DNA of 64,000 nucleotides from Eledone cirrhosa (GCA_964016885.1 OZ024762.1:1550001-1614000), one strand, 5' to 3'; positions 29,461 to 43,751 are shown, counted from the stretch's first letter. Notes: generated by a model from the sequence alone, not told the origin. Numbers and translations: made by a program.

Positions 29461-30628
29461 CCAGCCAGCCAGAATTCTCTCACCTTTTTCTGTTCAAACC
29501 AGCTGCAACTGGCCACTGATACTGATATTAAGGTATTGTTCTCAAAATAAATAATATCAGAATCTCATAGATTTGATATTATGTGAAATAAAGCCTTTAC
29601 AGTGAAAATACAATAGTAAATATAGAGTAATGTAAATGTTATGTGAGATATTATGTGAGGTAAAGCCTTTACTGTGAAAATACAATAGTATATATAGAGT
29701 AATGTAAATGTTGTGTGAGATATTATGTGAGGTAAAGCCTTTACTGTGAAAATACAATAGTATATATAGAGTAATGTAAATGTTATGTGAGATATTATGT
29801 GAGGTAAAGCCTTTACTGTGAAAATACAATAGTATATATAGAGTAATGTAAATGTTGTGTGAGATATTATGTGAGGTAAAGCCTTTATTGTGAAAATACA
29901 ATAGTATATATAGAGTAATGTAAATGTTATGTGAGATATTATGTGAGGTAAAGCCTTTACTGTGAAAATACAATAGTATATATAGAGTAATGTAAATGTT
30001 GTGTGAGATATTATGTGAGGTAAAGCCTTTACTGTGAAAATACAATAGTATATATAGAGTAATGTAAATGTTATGTGAGATATTATGTGAGGTAAAGCCT
30101 TTACTGTGAAAATACAATAGTATATATAGAGTAATGTAAATGTTGTGTGAGATATTATGTGAGGTAAAGCCTTTACCATGTAAATACAATAGTATATATA
30201 GAGTAATGTAAATGTTATGTGAGATATTATGTGAGGTAAGGCCTTTATTGTGAAAATACAATAGTATATATAGAGTAATGTAAATGTTATGTGAGATATT
30301 ATGTGAGGTAAAGACTTTACTGTGAAAATACAATAGTATATATAGAGTAATGTAAATGTTGTGTGAGATATTATGTGAGGTAAAGCCTTTACCATGTAAA
30401 TACAATAGTATATATAGAGTAATGTAAATGTTATGTGAGATATTATGTGAGGTAAAGCCTTTATTGTGAAAATACAATAGTATATATAGAGTAATTGTTT
30501 CTACTTTAGGCACAAGGCCAGCAAATACCCAGTGCATTACTGGTACTTTATTTTATCGACCCCGTAAGGATGAAAGGCAAAGTCAACCTCGTAGTATATA
30601 TAGAGTAATGTAAATGGTAAAGGGTTAA
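29461..30628 (-). repeat. TTAA-MITE containing an expanded 72-bp array (~12-13 units) and a nested SINE fragment (~30494-30590)
   Basis: Same unit as at 24 kb, reversed; flanks match the 47377 and 53587 elements; ends AAAGGG-TTAA. Confidence 0.88.
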
Positions 30629-32143
30629 GCTACATTTAAGGAACAGATAAACAGACTTCTGAGGGTTTTAGTATTATATAAATAACAGGTCTACTCTAAA
30701 TCCTTCTAAATTCTAGACTTTTTTTTAATATTTGAAAACCACAAGCAGTATCATCCATTAGAAATATGGAAACGAAAGGATTGAATTATATGTTGTTGAC
30801 CTCTGTAGTGCAGAATTTTTATTTAAAAAAAAAAAGGTCAATGTTTGGAGGTGGAGATGAGAGAGAGGAAGAGTTGGTTTAATCAACAGGTAGGAAGTAC
30901 GTCATGAGATATGAAATGGTCCTCCAATGTTGGGGACATTAACCTCAGTATTTTGTGTTGTTCGGAACTTTCCAGGAGGATTGTCACAGGAAATATATAA
31001 TATATATTGTTGTATTACCTCACAGGAAAATATCTCAGGGAGAAGTGGATAACTACTGGGGGGGGGGGGGGGTTAGCTATTTATAGTTACTGCATTATAG
31101 GTGGTGGTGGGGTGGGGAGGTGATAGTGGTGGTGGTAGTGCTGGTGGTGGTGGTGGTAGTGGTGGTGTTAGTGGTGGTAGTGGCGGTGGTGGTGGTGGTG
31201 TGGTGGTGGTGGTGGTGGTGGTAGTGCTGGTGGTGGTGGTGGTAATGGTGGTGTTAGTAGTGGTAGTGGCGGTGGTGGTGGTGGTGTGGTGGTGGTGGTG
31301 ATGGTGGTAGTGATAGGGGGGGGTAATGGTGGTAGTGCTGGTGGTGGTGGTGGTGGTGGTAGTGCTGGTGGTGGTGCTGGTGGTGGTGGTGGTGGTATTG
31401 GTAGTGGTGGTGGTTGTGATGGTGGTGATGGGGTGATTGGGGTGGGGGTAGTGGTGGGGGTGGGGTGGGGTGGGGCAGTGGTGGTGGTGGTGGTGATGGT
31501 GATGTGTGTGGGGTTTTTTTTGGGGGGGGTGGTGCTGGTGGAGGTAGTGATGGTGGTGGTGGTAGTGGTGATGTAGTGGTGGTGGCGGTGATGGTGGTGG
31601 TGGTGTTGGTGGAACATCATATTACATTACATCATTCTCTGGACTTGGTTGAGCTGCTAGAAATAATTGACCGCTACACGACACCTCACACCTCCCCTAC
31701 CTTTACCCCGCTCCACACACACACAATCTCCATCAGTCAGGTTTCTTTAAAAGACACAAGCTAAATATAAAAACCAACAACAGGAAATGACACCATCTTT
31801 TTGTTTAAAATCTTTGACGTCTGTTTTGGTGAGAAAACCTAAAAGGATAAGACACTTGGATGAAGTTATTTAAGAAGACATATATATATATATATACACA
31901 TATGTACGTATATATACACATATATACACACATATATATACACACATTAACATTTGTGCTCTCACTTCCGTACATCTGTACGTAAGAACATATGTGAATG
32001 CCACAAAAATAAACACACACATATAAGTACCCACACACCTACCTACTCTTGCCCTGTTGTACATACATATATACACACACATATATATATATGTATGTGT
32101 ATATATATATACACACATGAATGTGTATATATAGGCCTGTATG

Positions 32144-32312
32144 TATAAATACATCGTCAACAGTGTTGTGAGCCAGATTGAAGTCTCTAACAGAAGAAGT
32201 AGAAACAGACGACACAGTCTCCAACACGAGGACAACAAAGACATTTCTAATTCCCACCAATTCACTTCATAGAACTGTTATTATTATTATTAATAATTTC
32301 CTTTTGGTAAGT
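32144..32312 (+). promoter_or_regulatory. Candidate TATA box and non-coding first exon of secreted protein 1
   Basis: TATAAATA at 32144, ~130 nt of unique sequence, then donor TG|GTAAGT at 32306/32307. The acceptor before the ATG at 34244 is at 34234. Confidence 0.5.
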
Positions 32313-32594
32313 ACGTAGAATTATTTATTTCATATATTTTCTTTCAAAGTTGGTTTATTCCCTAACAGAGGTCAACTTTGTCTGTAATCCATTTAAAGTT
32401 GATAAAAAAAAGTACCAGTCACGCACTGGAGTCAGTTCTGCCTCTATATCTCTTTCTCACTTCCATTCTCTCTCCATGTGTATATATACATAATATTAAC
32501 AATATTGGAAAATATCATTTATAATACCATATTTATTTTATATGTATTTCAAGGACACAAATTTTTTGTGTACTTTCATCAGATAAAATATAAT

Positions 32595-32965
32595 TTTTTC
32601 TACTTTTGGCACAAGGCCAGCAAATACACAGTGCATTACTGGTACTTTATTTCATCGACCCCGTGGGGATGAAAGGCAAAGTTAACCTTGGCGGGATTTG
32701 AACTCAGAATGGCAAGGGCCGTAACTCTATGCGTTAAATTGGTGTTAAGATATTGACATACCTTAGCATAGTCCTAATAATTGTTTCTACTTTAGGCACA
32801 AGGCCAGCAATAACTCAGTGCATTACTGGTACTTTATTTTATCGACCCCGTAAGGATGAAAGGCAAAGTCAACCTCGGCGGGATTTGAACTCAGATCGTA
32901 AAGGGACGTAACTATGCTGGAAAGCATGGCGTCCGACCCTCTACCGATACTGCCAATCCACCGAC
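32595..32965 (-). mobile_element. Two tandem SINE copies, one near full length (others ~33425-33640, 39005-39128, 50640-50870, 57553-57715)
   Basis: A-box-like TGGCAGTATCGG, B-box GAGTTCAAATCC, shared body and tail. Confidence 0.85.
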
Positions 32966-34243
32966 CTTAGTCCTAATAATATAAGCTCGTTAACGGCAGT
33001 GAGGAGAAATTCAAATCACAAGTGAACAGACCATATAACTCATTGTTTATATATATATACCAGTCAAATACTGGGGTCGATTCTTCCACCATATCTCTCT
33101 CCCACTCTTTCTCTATCCTTCTCTGGAAGAAATCTGTTATATTCAGACCTGGAGAGGAGATGGACTCCACCAGGTTTTAAAAAATGCCCTAGAAACACCC
33201 TATGTCAATACAGGCACCCTACGTCTCCCTCGGGAGTTACGGGACCAATCATACATTATTCCCTAAATGTACCCTCAGGTCCCAAATAAACGAAGTGATT
33301 GCTGAGGCCTAAGAGTAACTCAAATAATCCATATTTCTGATGAAAGTTATTGTCCCCTACATTCTAAAATGAACTTTACAAAGGTTCTTACGTAAAATTG
33401 TGATGAACAGTTTCTAGATAAATATTTCTGATTTAGACACAAGGTCAACATTTTTGGGGGAGGGGAAAGTCGATTAAATCGACACCAGTTTGTGACTGGT
33501 ACTTTATTTTATCGACCCACTCCATAAGGATTGAAGGCAAAACTAACTTCGGTGGGATTTGAACTCAGATCATAAAGGGCCATAACTCTATGCCATAGAA
33601 CATGGTGTCTGATGCTCTACTTATTCTGCCAATCCAGATAAATATTAATACTTTAAAATAACAATTTTCTATCATAAATCCAAGGCTAGTTGTAGGTGGC
33701 TGCGTAGCAAATGTGTCAAATATGATTTATCTATCCTGAAATAAATGTTGTTTTTCCTTAAAATAACTTCCTGCATATTCTCTAGATTGGAACACTCAAT
33801 ATATATATGTGTATATATATATATACAAGTGTGCATTTATATTTATACATACATACATATATATATATATGTGTATAGATATAGATATATGTGTGTAAAT
33901 GTATATATTATGTGTATGTATATATACATACATGCATATACATATATATGTATACGTATATTTATATATATATATATATAAACACTCTACTAATGTATTG
34001 AGTACCTTACTTACTGAGGTTACTCCTGATTGTACCTAGGACACACACACACACACATATATCATAGAGTTATTATGTCACTAAACCCACCACCACCGAG
34101 ATGGGATGGTCGTGGTTAGATTGCCTTTGATTATAGCTCAGTTTGACCACAGCTGACCTAGGGCTAAATAAGAACAGTGACAACAATAATCTTATACTTT
34201 ATTTACTATTTATCTATTTTATTTGTCATTGCAGTTGCACACG

Positions 34244-34615
34244 ATGGCAGTGAAAGTGCTACTTGCTATTCTGCTAGCAATAACTGCAGTCTCCGAGGTG
34301 CAGGGACAAGCCCAATGCTTCCATGATTCACGTGTTAACTGTGTTAGTACCTGCCTGATGTGTCTGATCCTTGGCAAGAAATGTCCAATAGATTCACCCA
34401 TCAGAAATGGTACAAATGCTTGCTGTGAAGACTGTAAAATCAATGTGTACCAACTTCCTGAAGGAAACCCAAATATTGTCATCTATGGCTTGGCATCATG
34501 TCGTAGTGCCAGTAACGGACTTCCCACAGACTTTCATAAATGTCGATCTAATTTCTTTGAAAAAGTTCGACCAAACACTTACCAAACATTCTTTGATGTC
34601 GACTGTAAAATGTAA
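34244..34615 (+). CDS. Secreted cysteine-rich protein 1 (123 aa, single coding exon), unknown family
   Basis: Non-repetitive ORF; signal-peptide-like MAVKVLLAILLAITAVSEVQG; 11 Cys in the mature part; acceptor TTGCAG at 34234 just before the ATG; paralogue at 36612. Confidence 0.85.
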   Translation: MAVKVLLAILLAITAVSEVQGQAQCFHDSRVNCVSTCLMCLILGKKCPIDSPIRNGTNACCEDCKINVYQLPEGNPNIVIYGLASCRSASNGLPTDFHKCRSNFFEKVRPNTYQTFFDVDCKM

Positions 34616-34861
34616 AAAAAAAAGACATTGATCCTTGTACACACACATAACATAACATGGCCATGTTTACATCTGGAAACCTCTGGCAATGCAGAGTTAA
34701 GTCAAACTGTAAATATAAATACTATATATACTATATATATATATATAATATTATATATATATATATAATAGTTGTATTATCAACTTTATTTACCTTATAT
34801 ATATGTATATATATATATATGTATATAAAATAAAATAATTAAGTCAAATATTTAAAATTTA

Positions 34862-34901
<40 letters not shown>

Positions 34902-35499
34902 CAAGGGAATGTAAATATAGAAAACATTTTTAAAATAAATTTAAAAAAATACACTGTACTTATATATATATGTATATATATATATAAATGTATGTATGGA
35001 TATGTAAGAGGGTATATGTGTGTGTAGGTGTATGTGTAAGGTATTTGAGTGTGTGTGTGAGTACATGGGTGTGTATGTTTATGGTGTACGTGTTTTAATT
35101 TCTATTTATATTTTATTTCAAAAATATTAATTTTCTGAACAATAAATGTTAAGAATGGAACCTTGAAAACTTTCCTCTCGTCAGTTATTTCTTGAATATT
35201 TTGGTGTCTTGTTTGTATTTTTTAGTCTTTTACTTGGTACTACTACTACTACTGCTACTACTACTACTACTATTACCACCACTACCATCACCACTCCCAT
35301 CATCAACACTACCACTAGTACTACTACTACCACCACTACCACCACCACCACTACCACCACCACCACCACCACCACCACCACCATTACCACTATATATATA
35401 TATGTATATATATATACACACACACACATGTGTATATTGTAAATCCAACAATTGACTGGGAGTCAAGTTTTGGTTCCTTTTGGACTCTCATTTGGGCCT

Positions 35500-35850
35500 C
35501 AATATACGCAACCTTTGTGGGCCTATCTCACGCTTCTCAAGATATGTTGTAAGCCTGTCACCAATATACGCAACCTTTGTGGGCCTATCTCACACTTCTC
35601 AAGACATGTCGTAAGCCTGTCACCAATTACCAGTGTTGCATAGAAACTACAATATATTTTTCAAACAGGCCCCTATACTCTTCGATAAATTTATGTGCCA
35701 GTCCTCAGGGTGGTAAGGTAGATTATGTGCTAGTCCTCGGGGTGATAAGGTAGATTATGTGCCAGTCCTCAGGGTGGTAAGATAGATTATGTGCCAGTCC
35801 TCGGGGTGGTAAGGTAGATTATGTGCCAGTCCTCGGGGTGGTAAGGTAGA
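35500..35850. repeat. 62-bp duplication (35500-35625) and 32-bp minisatellite x5 (35690-35850)
   Basis: CAATATACGCAACCTTTGTGGG... occurs twice; TTATGTGCCAGTCCTCGGGGTGGTAAGGTAGA occurs five times. Confidence 0.85.
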
Positions 35851-36611
35851 TAGGTGGAGTTTTTAAAGGAGTCAGACAAAACTTTGCTGTATCTGATCCA
35901 ACTCTGTATTAACTATATTTGAATCTTTTAGCCTTCTGCCAGAAGTTGTGACCTCCATGCAAAGGACAATGCAGTATAAATGCCGTTTGTGCCAGTTTTC
36001 TGATTTTGTAAGCATGTCCACGGGTGTTAGACACAAGGAATTGAAAAAGGGGCTCAGGGTTTTTTTATTGGTTGGAAAGATGCGGTTTGAATGCCTTTGT
36101 TGTGTCTGACCCTGTTGCAGTTTGTGGAGTTCTTATTTGTGCCACTCACCAATTTGGTCATTTTCACAGACATGTGAAAACTAGGCTTTTTTGGGGGGGT
36201 GGCCTTTTACACACCTCATTGTGGCTACATCACTGGGGTGTGAGAGTTTTCTTTGGAGTTTCATCTCCCCTAGTAGTGTACTGCTATGGACAGGGCCTCC
36301 AAGAGAAATTTAGCAAGGCAGTACAAGATCCCTTTGGGGCCCGAAGTAAACAAAGATTTTTCTGAAAATGGGTGTTGCATGGTTGCTGTGGGACCTTCTT
36401 AGCTCTTGGGCTCCAGAACAATGTACTGGGTAGATCTCCCCGCCCCCCTCTCATAGGCCTTTGCTATGGGTCCAGGGCTGCTTATTTATCCAGCAGGAAC
36501 CTACTTATATCACAACACACCATCATCTAGATTAATGTATATTCAATCTTCAATTTTATCTTTTCTTCTCCCTTCGCAGATTTCTTTCATCAATAAAAAA
36601 AATACACTACA

Positions 36612-36992
36612 ATGCACATTTGTCGGTATTTGATCATCAGTTTGCTGTTTGCTGCACTGGTGTCGCATGTGTCCTGCCGGTGGTTTTATGATGGTCAACT
36701 GAATTGCTTCACTAAATGTATGACATGTATGATGACTGGGATAGACTGTCAACCACACCAACCTTATCCATCAGGCTATGAAGAATGTGAATTTAACTGC
36801 ATGCTAAGACCCGGTACCTTTGAAGAAACTCTTCCGGCAATTCAAAACAGCTTGCACACCTGCCGAGAAAACCTTATAAGAGACCACAACATTCTTGGAT
36901 CATGTGTGAGAGAACATATGAAAACTGTTTTCCCAGAAGTCTACGATAAATTGACTTGGGTTCTTCAAATTGATTCAACAACTCAAGCATGA
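36612..36992 (+). CDS. Secreted cysteine-rich protein 2 (126 aa, single coding exon), paralogue of protein 1
   Basis: Signal-peptide-like MHICRYLIISLLFAALVSHVSC; 8 mature Cys with the same spacing as protein 1; polypyrimidine tract and CGCAG acceptor at 36579. Confidence 0.85.
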   Translation: MHICRYLIISLLFAALVSHVSCRWFYDGQLNCFTKCMTCMMTGIDCQPHQPYPSGYEECEFNCMLRPGTFEETLPAIQNSLHTCRENLIRDHNILGSCVREHMKTVFPEVYDKLTWVLQIDSTTQA

Positions 36993-38210
36993 AAAAAGGA
37001 ACTTGATTTTTGGCCGTAAATTTAGAGGGCATGTAAAATTGTAAATATGAACCCTTTTGATATCAACATGCCCCTAAAACTATCTTCCAACATAATTTTA
37101 TATAAGAACATTACATTAGTTAATCCCTCAAAATTCTCCTTTAACCCTTGAGATATCAACACAAGCCAACTAGCAGTGCTTTTATGATACAAAACCACTC
37201 ATTTTAAAGGGTTCTTATTTAAATATAAATCTTCCACAATAATTTTATGTAACAACCATGTTAAATTATTGATTAAATACCTTTAAAATCTTCATTAATT
37301 AATTAAAATAGAGTCTATTTCATATTTCTCTAAGCTATTAAAATATATATAAATAACTACAAGTATATTTATACATAAACCATTGGGCTTTGAGAAACAA
37401 AAAGATGAAACAGTAAATGATGGGGAAAGGCATGAGAGACACAGCATCATCAGTATGTCAGAGGCTGTGTCGAAAGGACAGTTTTTCTCAATCAATTAAT
37501 TAAATATTTATCTGCTTGGTTGATAATAAAACTGAAGTGAAAAACAAAACAGTACTATGTGTTTTTATTGGCAGCATGACCTAACCAAAATACAACACTA
37601 TGTATATATGTATATTATGTATGTATGTATATATGTATGTATATGTTATGTGTGTATGTATGTACAATCGGTGTCTCCATTGAATTGAAGTGCCCTGAGT
37701 GTGGATAGATTTGCTTGAGCAAATCTGGTCTCAGGAGCCACAGTCGCAGCCATGTTCAAAGAGAACCAGTGAACTGTGATCTCCACAGTGTTGTGAGGGT
37801 TCTTCTGTGTGTGTGTATGGAGGGAAATATCAGGTGATGTCCCCCCCACCTCACACACACACATGTATATCATGACTCATACACTTTCCTGACATTTGTA
37901 CAATATTCTATGTACTATACATGCACCTTTGATGAGTTGTAGTGCACCTGAGGACTGTACACAATAATTTCATTATTATTATTATTATATATAGAGAGGT
38001 GAAGGTGTGTGGCTGAGTGGTTAGAGATTTGTGAGTTCGATACCTGGACCGGACGATGCGTTATGTCCTTGAGCAAGACACTTTACTTCACGTTCCTCCT
38101 TCTACTGGATTTCTGACTGGTAGATAGTACTGGCAATTGGAAAGACCAATGGAAACATTGTTTCCTTGGTCCGATTTGACGAGGTCTGAGATCTTGTCGA
38201 TCGACTGTCG

Positions 38211-38257
<47 letters not shown>

Positions 38258-38782
38258 CAGTGGCGGACTGGGTCTAAAAATATTGGTTGCCAGGAGATGA
38301 AGGGGGCCCACCTACATATAGAATGCTATCATTTCAAAAATGACCAGAAGTCGACCCTAAATATTACTAATAGTTGGGAGAATCATAGACGGTGGTGGTC
38401 CTGGTCGGGAGTAGGGTTACCAGTAAACCTTTTCAGTTTTTTCTGTAAGTTGTAAAATAAAAACTGAAAAAAAGGTTACTTGACCAGGATTGAACCCAAG
38501 ACCAGGATCTCCACTGTCTCTAGTACCTACCACTAAGCCACAGAGACAACTACAAGAATCTTATGAAAAATCATACTTATAAATCTACTTTCAAAATTTT
38601 CAAAACAAAATGATGTGATGTTGTTGACCAAATGCTTTGCTTAATTGTTTTATTTATTTTTTTTTAAATCTTATTCTTTCTCTTAGACTTCAGGTATTTT
38701 TTGAAAGCTAAGCATTGGCCCCTAAAATACTACAATTCTCTGGGCCCACTTGCCATTGGGCAACCTGGCCAGTCTGCCACTG
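38258..38782. mobile_element. Non-autonomous DNA transposon (hAT-like termini)
   Basis: TIRs CAGTGGCGGACTGG / CCAGTCTGCCACTG flanked by TA repeats. Confidence 0.75.
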
Positions 38783-39265
38783 TATATATATAACAAAGAG
38801 AGTGTGGTAAGATACCAGGTGGACCATAACGCACCAGAGTACTCAATCCGAACTGTTCAGATCTACCTGTGTAAACAGCCGGAGCTCAGCCGTCGGGGTC
38901 TTGACTCTTTTCCTATTTATAAATATATATATATAAAATTTTTTTAAATGTTTGTTCTATATGGCTGAATACAATAAATGTCATCTGAGTTTTTCAAATA
39001 TTAATAATTGTTTCTACTTTTGGCACAAGGCCAGCAAATTCCCCAGTACGTTACTGGTACTTTATTTTATCGACCCCGTAAGGATGAAAGGCAAAGTTAA
39101 CCTCGGCGGGATTTGAACTCAGAATGGCAATTATGTAAACAAGCCTCATATTTAAAGCCATGTCTGACCAGCCAGTCTGTTAATATGCAAATCCGACCGA
39201 TCAGTCACTGTATATTTTAGAAAATATATATTTTCACAAGCTCTGACAGTTGACAGGTGAACAGT

Positions 39266-39315
39266 GAGCTGCACTGATGAAGGGTGATACCCAGAAACAT
39301 TAGTGTCTGCAGTTC
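39266..39315 (+). ncRNA. Minimal type I hammerhead ribozyme inside a ~270-bp inverted-repeat-bounded element (39127-39399)
   Basis: GAGCUGCA CUGAUGA A GGGU-GAU-ACCC A GAAA CA-UUAG-UGUC^UGCAGUUC: 8-bp stem I and a GUC cleavage triplet. Confidence 0.72.
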
Positions 39316-40009
39316 TGTTTACATGCCAACATTAGAGCAAGAATGAGGGGCTCATTCTACTGACATGGCTTTAAAAATGAGGCTTGTTTGCATAATTGCA
39401 AACGAATGGAATATTATTAAACAACCAGATAGATATTCTTCAACAACGACAGCAAATTATCCATTCACCACATTGCCACCACCACCATCACCACCACCAC
39501 CACCACCATACATGACCCCACCACCACCACCACCACCACCACCACCACCATACATGACCCCACCACCACCACCCACACCACCACCACCATCACCACCACC
39601 ACCATACATGACCCCACCACCACCACCACCACCACCATCACCACCCACACCACCACCACCACCATACATGACCCCCACCACCACCACCATCACCACCCTC
39701 ACCACCACCATCACCACCCCTACCTCCCTCACCACCACCACCACCACCACCACCCTCACCCTCACCACCACCCTCACTACCAACACCCCCACGCCCACCC
39801 CACCACCATCTCTCTACCCTACCTTATGGCCCCTGCCTAACTTAACCTAGACATGCCCCCCTTCCCTTCATCTATCACCAGAGAAGACAGGAATATGGAA
39901 AGTTAAACAGTTGGAGAAACAGCACCAAAAAAACAACAATGTCAATAAAAACAACACATAACTATGATATTTATATATATCTATGTATTATATATATATA
40001 TACACACAC

Positions 40010-40070
<61 letters not shown>

Positions 40071-40073
40071 TAC

Positions 40074-40213
<140 letters not shown>

Positions 40214-40270
40214 TCATATATATATATGTATGTATGTATATATATATTTATATATATATACATATACATA

Positions 40271-40323
<53 letters not shown>

Positions 40324-40446
40324 ATATATATTTATATATATACATATACATATATCACTATATATATGTATGTATATATATATTTATACATATATCACTA
40401 TATATATATGTATGTATATATATATTTATATATACACATATACATA

Positions 40447-40503
<57 letters not shown>

Positions 40504-40805
40504 ATATATATTTATATATATACATATACATATATCACTATATATATGTATGTATATATATATTTATACATATATCACTATATATATATGTATGTATATA
40601 TATATTTATATATACACATATACATATATCACTGTATATATATATATAGTGATAGCTTGGGTATCGTGTTACATATAGACTGACATTATGGTGTGTGTGT
40701 GAGTGAAAGAGAGAATGTGTGTGTGTGAGTGAAAGAGAGAATGTGTGTGAGTATGTGTGTGTGGGTGGGTGAAAGAATTACAGATGTTAGCAAAAAGTAA
40801 ACAGG

Positions 40806-40843
<38 letters not shown>

Positions 40844-41046
40844 CACTTATATATATACATATACATATATATACACACATATATATATATATATACTCAC
40901 TTATAAATATATATATGTGTATATATATAAGTGTATATATATATATATATACATACACATATATATATATATATACACATACATATATATATATATATAC
41001 ATACACACATATATATATACATACATACACACACATATATATATAT

Positions 41047-41077
<31 letters not shown>

Positions 41078-41124
41078 CATACATACACACACACACATAT
41101 ACATACACACACACATTTATACAT

Positions 41125-41177
<53 letters not shown>

Positions 41178-41206
41178 TATATACACACACACATTTATAC
41201 ATACAC

Positions 41207-41268
<62 letters not shown>

Positions 41269-41488
41269 ACACACATATTTTAGAACGATGGAGTTGGGGT
41301 TAAAATACCATAGCTTTTATAACAACCAACCGTTAGCTGAATATGCACTCAATACGTTTTGGTAGAGTGTAAACTTCATTTTCTGTGTAGAAACTTTGTA
41401 GAAAACTGAGTGACTTCGAAGTTTCGTCTTGGTTGTTTCATCTGGCTGCAGCTTATGATGGTACCAAACTTCTTTATATAGGTGTGTG

Positions 41489-41544
<56 letters not shown>

Positions 41545-42639
41545 AATATATATATATATATGTAAATATATATATATAAATATATATATATAAATATATA
41601 TATATAAATATATATATATATTTATTAGAATGTTGTTGAAATGTGTATACATTTTTGGGGGACAATCGTGTAATAGCCAGATACACAAAGGGGAACTCGA
41701 TATCTCTAACGGCCAACTCTAGTATTACTTCTTGTAAGAATATCACACAGCACCATCACCACCATCACCATCATCACCACCACCACCATCACCACCACCA
41801 CTACCATCACCATCACCATCACCACCATCACCACCACCACCATCATCACCACCATCACCACCACTACCATCACCACCACCACCACCACTACCATCATCAC
41901 CACCACCACCATCACCACCACCATCATCACCACCACCACCACCACCACCACCACCACCATCATCACCACCACCACCACCACCACTACCATCATCACCACC
42001 ACCACCCCCACTGGGGACGGGGGAGTGATAAGGTGAGAGATAGAAACCATCTTCCTCTCCAGCCCCGCCACCCCCTCTCTTTACTATCTCTTTTCTCTGA
42101 TTAGTTCTTCACCTCTCACCCCTCCTCTCTCTCTCTCTCTCATTGTCACACATTTTCACTCTCTTTCTCTCCTTAGTAGATCTTTCTCTCTCTCATTCTC
42201 TCTCTTTCTCTTTTTTCTCTCTCTGTCGCTCTCTCCCCCTCTCTCTGTCGCCCCTAACTCTCTCTCTCACTGTCACACGAACTTTCACTCTCTCACTCTC
42301 TTTCCCTCTCCCCTTCTTTCTATATATCTCATTCCTACTTCTCTCTCTCTGGTTCCTTAACCAAAATTCTAAGACACACACATACACACACACACTTCCA
42401 CACACACTCTCTCTCTCTCTCTGTCACATACTTGAACTCTCTCTACCTCATTCTTACTCACCTCTTTCTCTCTTGTTCTTTAACCAAAGTTCTAAGACAG
42501 ACACACACACACACACACAGACACACTCACACACTCACACACACAGATACATTGACTCACACACAGATACACACACATAGAGATACACACATACACAGAC
42601 ACACACATACACACACATAGAGATACACACGCGCACACG

Positions 42640-42687
42640 TCCAGATTCCTCTCAGCTTCTCGGTTCTTTAATTCAAGTCAGGTAAGT
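42640..42687 (+). other. Candidate non-coding first exon end of the myosin RLC gene
   Basis: Perfect donor CAG|GTAAGT at 42681/42682 after short unique sequence. The first coding exon at 50 kb is preceded by an acceptor-like tract. The link between them is inference. Confidence 0.35.
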
Positions 42688-42715
42688 TATTCTAGTTATA
42701 CATACATGTATATAT

Positions 42716-42772
<57 letters not shown>

Positions 42773-43315
42773 CATACATATATACATACATGTATATACA
42801 TACGTACATACACACATATATGTATATACACACACATTTAATATACACACTTAATTTAATTTTGGATATATATACACACACATACATTCTTTTACTGTAT
42901 CCAGTCATTGAACTGCGGCCATGCTGGGGCACCACTTTTAAAAGAAATATATATATATATTTTCTTTTCGTCCATCATGTCGAACCCCCCCCCCCTTCTT
43001 TAAATTTTGGACTGGCTTTATCGATCTCGTTTTGTCCAACCGCAAAGTTACTGGACAGAAACGGACACACACGGACACACACAGACACACACACACGCAC
43101 TTATACATATATATTCATATATGTGTATATATCATCATCATCATCATCATATATATATAAAGTTTGTATACAAAATTGGATTACCTATAACGATAATAAT
43201 TGTTTTTCTATCGTCGTCTTTCTCTCATCTTTTTTCCACTTTGTTATCGTCGTCGTTTCTTTCTTTCTCTCTTTTCCTGTCTTTGTTCTACAAAGAGGGA
43301 TCCAACTTCACCTCT

Positions 43316-43455
<140 letters not shown>

Positions 43456-43715
43456 GAAATGGCTTCTACAGGACTAGAACTGTTTCAGTCGAAAGAAACC
43501 ATATATATATATATAGATAGATATGTGCGTGTGTGTGACTGCTTGTCTGTATGTGTATGTATGCGTGTGTGTTGTCAGACGAGGCACTCGCCGAAACTTC
43601 GAAATCACTGCTTGTAGTTCTTTTCTTCAGAAAATAACAAACTTTACACCCTGCTCTCGTGTATTGAGTGCTCCCTTTAGATCAGTCCATATTTGAACTT
43701 ATTATGTACACACAG

Positions 43716-43751
<36 letters not shown>

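Noticed and set aside
29557-30537. 326-aa ORF with 24-aa repeats
   Set aside because: Translation of the 72-bp MITE-derived satellite.
39365-39850. Extensin-like PPPPYMT repeat ORF
   Set aside because: Built on (CCA)n; it starts inside a repeat element's inverted terminus and has no signal peptide.
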